From Patescibacteria group bacterium (GTDB lineage: Bacteria; Patescibacteriota; UBA1384; XYA2-FULL-43-10; 1-14-0-10-43-13): a DNA stretch of 64,000 nt. The stretch covers positions 43,901 through 107,900 of the forward strand of contig JBBTQI010000005.1 of assembly GCA_038078835.1 (NCBI GenBank). Direction: 5' to 3'. Positions 62,288 to 64,000 of this stretch are shown here, one piece after another. The first letter of the stretch is position 1, and every line of letters begins with the position of its first letter. A program made the position numbers and the translations under genes. The notes beneath the pieces were generated by a model. It had not been told where the DNA came from. It saw only the letters and a program-made list of their open reading frames with translations, and made no database searches.

Positions 62288-62476
62288 TTACTGGGCGAAA
62301 AATCCGAGCGCTTCGTAGACCAGAGTGGCTGGCCAGACGATGGCCTTGAGAACTCCGAGAATACCCACCCAAAACGATGTCGCCACGCTAATATAATAGA
62401 TAGCCGCCCCAATAAAACCCAAACCGTAAACAGCGTTGCTGCCTCCGCCGCAAGCACCGCACATCTTTTCCTTCAT
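62288..62476 (-). CDS. Small membrane protein
   Basis: AVYGLGFIGAAIYYI..FWVGILGVLKAIVWPA. Confidence 0.8.
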   Translation of the reverse strand: MKEKMCGACGGGSNAVYGLGFIGAAIYYISVATSFWVGILGVLKAIVWPATLVYEALGFFAQ

Positions 62477-62544
62477 CTTTCCTCCAATCTGCTGCTCCCC
62501 TTACTTCTCGCTTCGCTCGAAGAATATTATCGAGCATGTTTAAC

Positions 62545-63276
62545 TTACCGCACCCTAAAAGCCTGAGAGTGGGAGCGCTGTTTGTCCTCGGCTTGAGAAG
62601 CCAGGACCCGATATTCCTTATTCTCCATATCCAGTGCGGCAGCGCGTTTGAGAGATTTAGCCGCCTTGGCAAACTGGCGCACCTCCATATAGGCCTTGCC
62701 GAGAGCGGCGTGCCAGTCGGCCCGGCCGCGATCCAGATTAACCGCCTTGTGAAAATTATCAATCGTCCCCGATTTATTCTCGTCTTTTAGGTCAAGTTGG
62801 CCTAGGCCAAAGTAGGCCTCACCGTTTTCCGGATTGCATTTGACGGCAGTTTTGTACGCCTCGCGAGCATCATCAAAAGCGCCGCGCAGTTGAGCAACCC
62901 GGCCGACAATGACATAGGCTTGAGAGCACTTTTTGTCGCGGACAATGGCTTGCAGGGCCAGACTCTCCGCCTCCCGCAGATCTTGTGCCTGCAGAGCCTT
63001 GTCGGATTCATACAGGAGCTGAGCGATCTCCGGGTCATTCTCAAGATAGCGCTGTCGGGCCAGATCGATCTCGCTTGGGGCAACAATCTTCTCCTGGCCG
63101 CGGATTATCTCCCGCTGGATCTCCTCGATATTATCTCGTTTCACCCGAAAAACCTTTTGCCACAAGCCAGCCACCCTCACTCCCGAATTTGGCCCGTCAA
63201 CTTTGGTCTGCGGAAAGTGCCGAAGCATCAAAAACAGTGCTAAGGCCAAACAAATTACGATTAGTATTTCGATCAA
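62545..63276 (-). CDS. Membrane-anchored TPR protein
   Basis: N-terminal TM; repeats AY...G, NPENGEAYFGLG, WHAALGKAY. Confidence 0.88.
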   Translation of the reverse strand: MIEILIVICLALALFLMLRHFPQTKVDGPNSGVRVAGLWQKVFRVKRDNIEEIQREIIRGQEKIVAPSEIDLARQRYLENDPEIAQLLYESDKALQAQDLREAESLALQAIVRDKKCSQAYVIVGRVAQLRGAFDDAREAYKTAVKCNPENGEAYFGLGQLDLKDENKSGTIDNFHKAVNLDRGRADWHAALGKAYMEVRQFAKAAKSLKRAAALDMENKEYRVLASQAEDKQRSHSQAFRVR

Positions 63277-63293
63277 CTAACCTCCAACCCCCG

Positions 63294-63998
63294 CTAATGC
63301 CGAATTGACAAGAGAAGGTTTTCTAAAACTAAGCGCATATTCGCATTGCCGCCGATCACTCGGCGTGCCCGTTCGACCTCTCTGATCGCCCAAACCAGAT
63401 GCACCTGCGGTGTCCGGCACAGCCGGGTCCGCAGAAAAGCCTCCAGTTGATCCAAAAACCGGTCAACCTGATTATCCTTGGCAATCTTTTCGACTTCGCG
63501 AAAAGCTTCCGAATTGTTAAGGTTAAGAATCATCTCTATCCTTCGCTCATCTTCTCCGGTGCAATCTTCCTCGCCGGTCACGCGAATCAGCCGGCAACGC
63601 GATCTGATTGTCACTAAGACCGCTTCCGTCCGCGCCACCAATATGAACATCGCGCCCCGCGGCGGCTCCTCCAGCGTCTTTAAAAGAATATTGCCCGAGG
63701 ACTGGTTTAGACGCTGACTTTCATAAATTACCGCCAAGCGCCCGCCTCCGGCCGAACTCAAATGGAGCCAGTGGAGCAAATTGCGAATCTCCTCAACCTT
63801 AATCTCGCCGGCCCGCCCCGACTCGCCGGCCGGCCGAAGCTCTTTGACATCAAAGCGGTCAAAGCCCCGAGCGCGGATGACGTAATCAAGCAAGCCTCGA
63901 ATTCTCCTCTCAGCCGAGCCGACAATAAGGTATGCATGAGACCAGGAATTTCGCGCCTGTTCAAGCTCTAAAAAATCTTGCGCTTTCATCATCACCAA
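63294..63998 (-). CDS. holB: DNA polymerase III delta' subunit, short form (start near the window edge uncertain)
   Basis: SHAYLIVG, IKVEEIR, NILLKTLEEPP, TIRSRC. Confidence 0.92.
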   Translation of the reverse strand: MVMMKAQDFLELEQARNSWSHAYLIVGSAERRIRGLLDYVIRARGFDRFDVKELRPAGESGRAGEIKVEEIRNLLHWLHLSSAGGGRLAVIYESQRLNQSSGNILLKTLEEPPRGAMFILVARTEAVLVTIRSRCRLIRVTGEEDCTGEDERRIEMILNLNNSEAFREVEKIAKDNQVDRFLDQLEAFLRTRLCRTPQVHLVWAIREVERARRVIGGNANMRLVLENLLLSIRH

Positions 63999-64000
63999 TC

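Noticed and set aside
2442-63971. Numerous short ORFs overlapping recognised genes on the opposite strand or in other frames
   Set aside because: Shadow ORFs without RBS or family motifs.

Overview
Chromosomal segment of a small-genome bacterium, most likely Patescibacteria/CPR (inferred from the truncated Mfd and HolB, the monoderm-type type IV pilus locus, DUF11 surface proteins and dense short palindromes). Standard code 11; most genes are on the minus strand. Core genes: tgt, rplA-rplJ-rplL, pth, ybaB, prfB, cysS, recR, topA, dprA, mfd, rplU-secE-nusG-rplK, rodA, ileS, rnhA, trpS, pilN-O-B-T-C, pilD and pilins, tRNA-Thr/Tyr/Thr-rpmG-tRNA-Trp, holB. Accessory content: an N4C-methylase plus MvaI/BcnI restriction cassette with an IR-flanked RAYT/Y1 transposase, two GC-rich orphan operons, and a 1686-aa S8 protease operon facing a putative inhibitor gene. 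Most unusual observations: (1) a complete tRNA-Ala(CGC), bracketed by an inverted repeat, inserted into the anticodon loop of a second, different tRNA-Ala(CGC); (2) two promoter-driven copies of an unrecognised three-way-junction RNA showing an identical anti-Shine-Dalgarno loop; (3) a near-identical 90-bp TAGC-rich cassette that supplies the RBS and start codon to both rplL and rpmG; (4) the protease ends in what looks like the missing C-terminus of the upstream PilX-like protein; (5) palindromic elements inserted in frame in many housekeeping genes. Coordinates were counted by hand and may be off by a few bases; family assignments come from motif recognition, not database searches.
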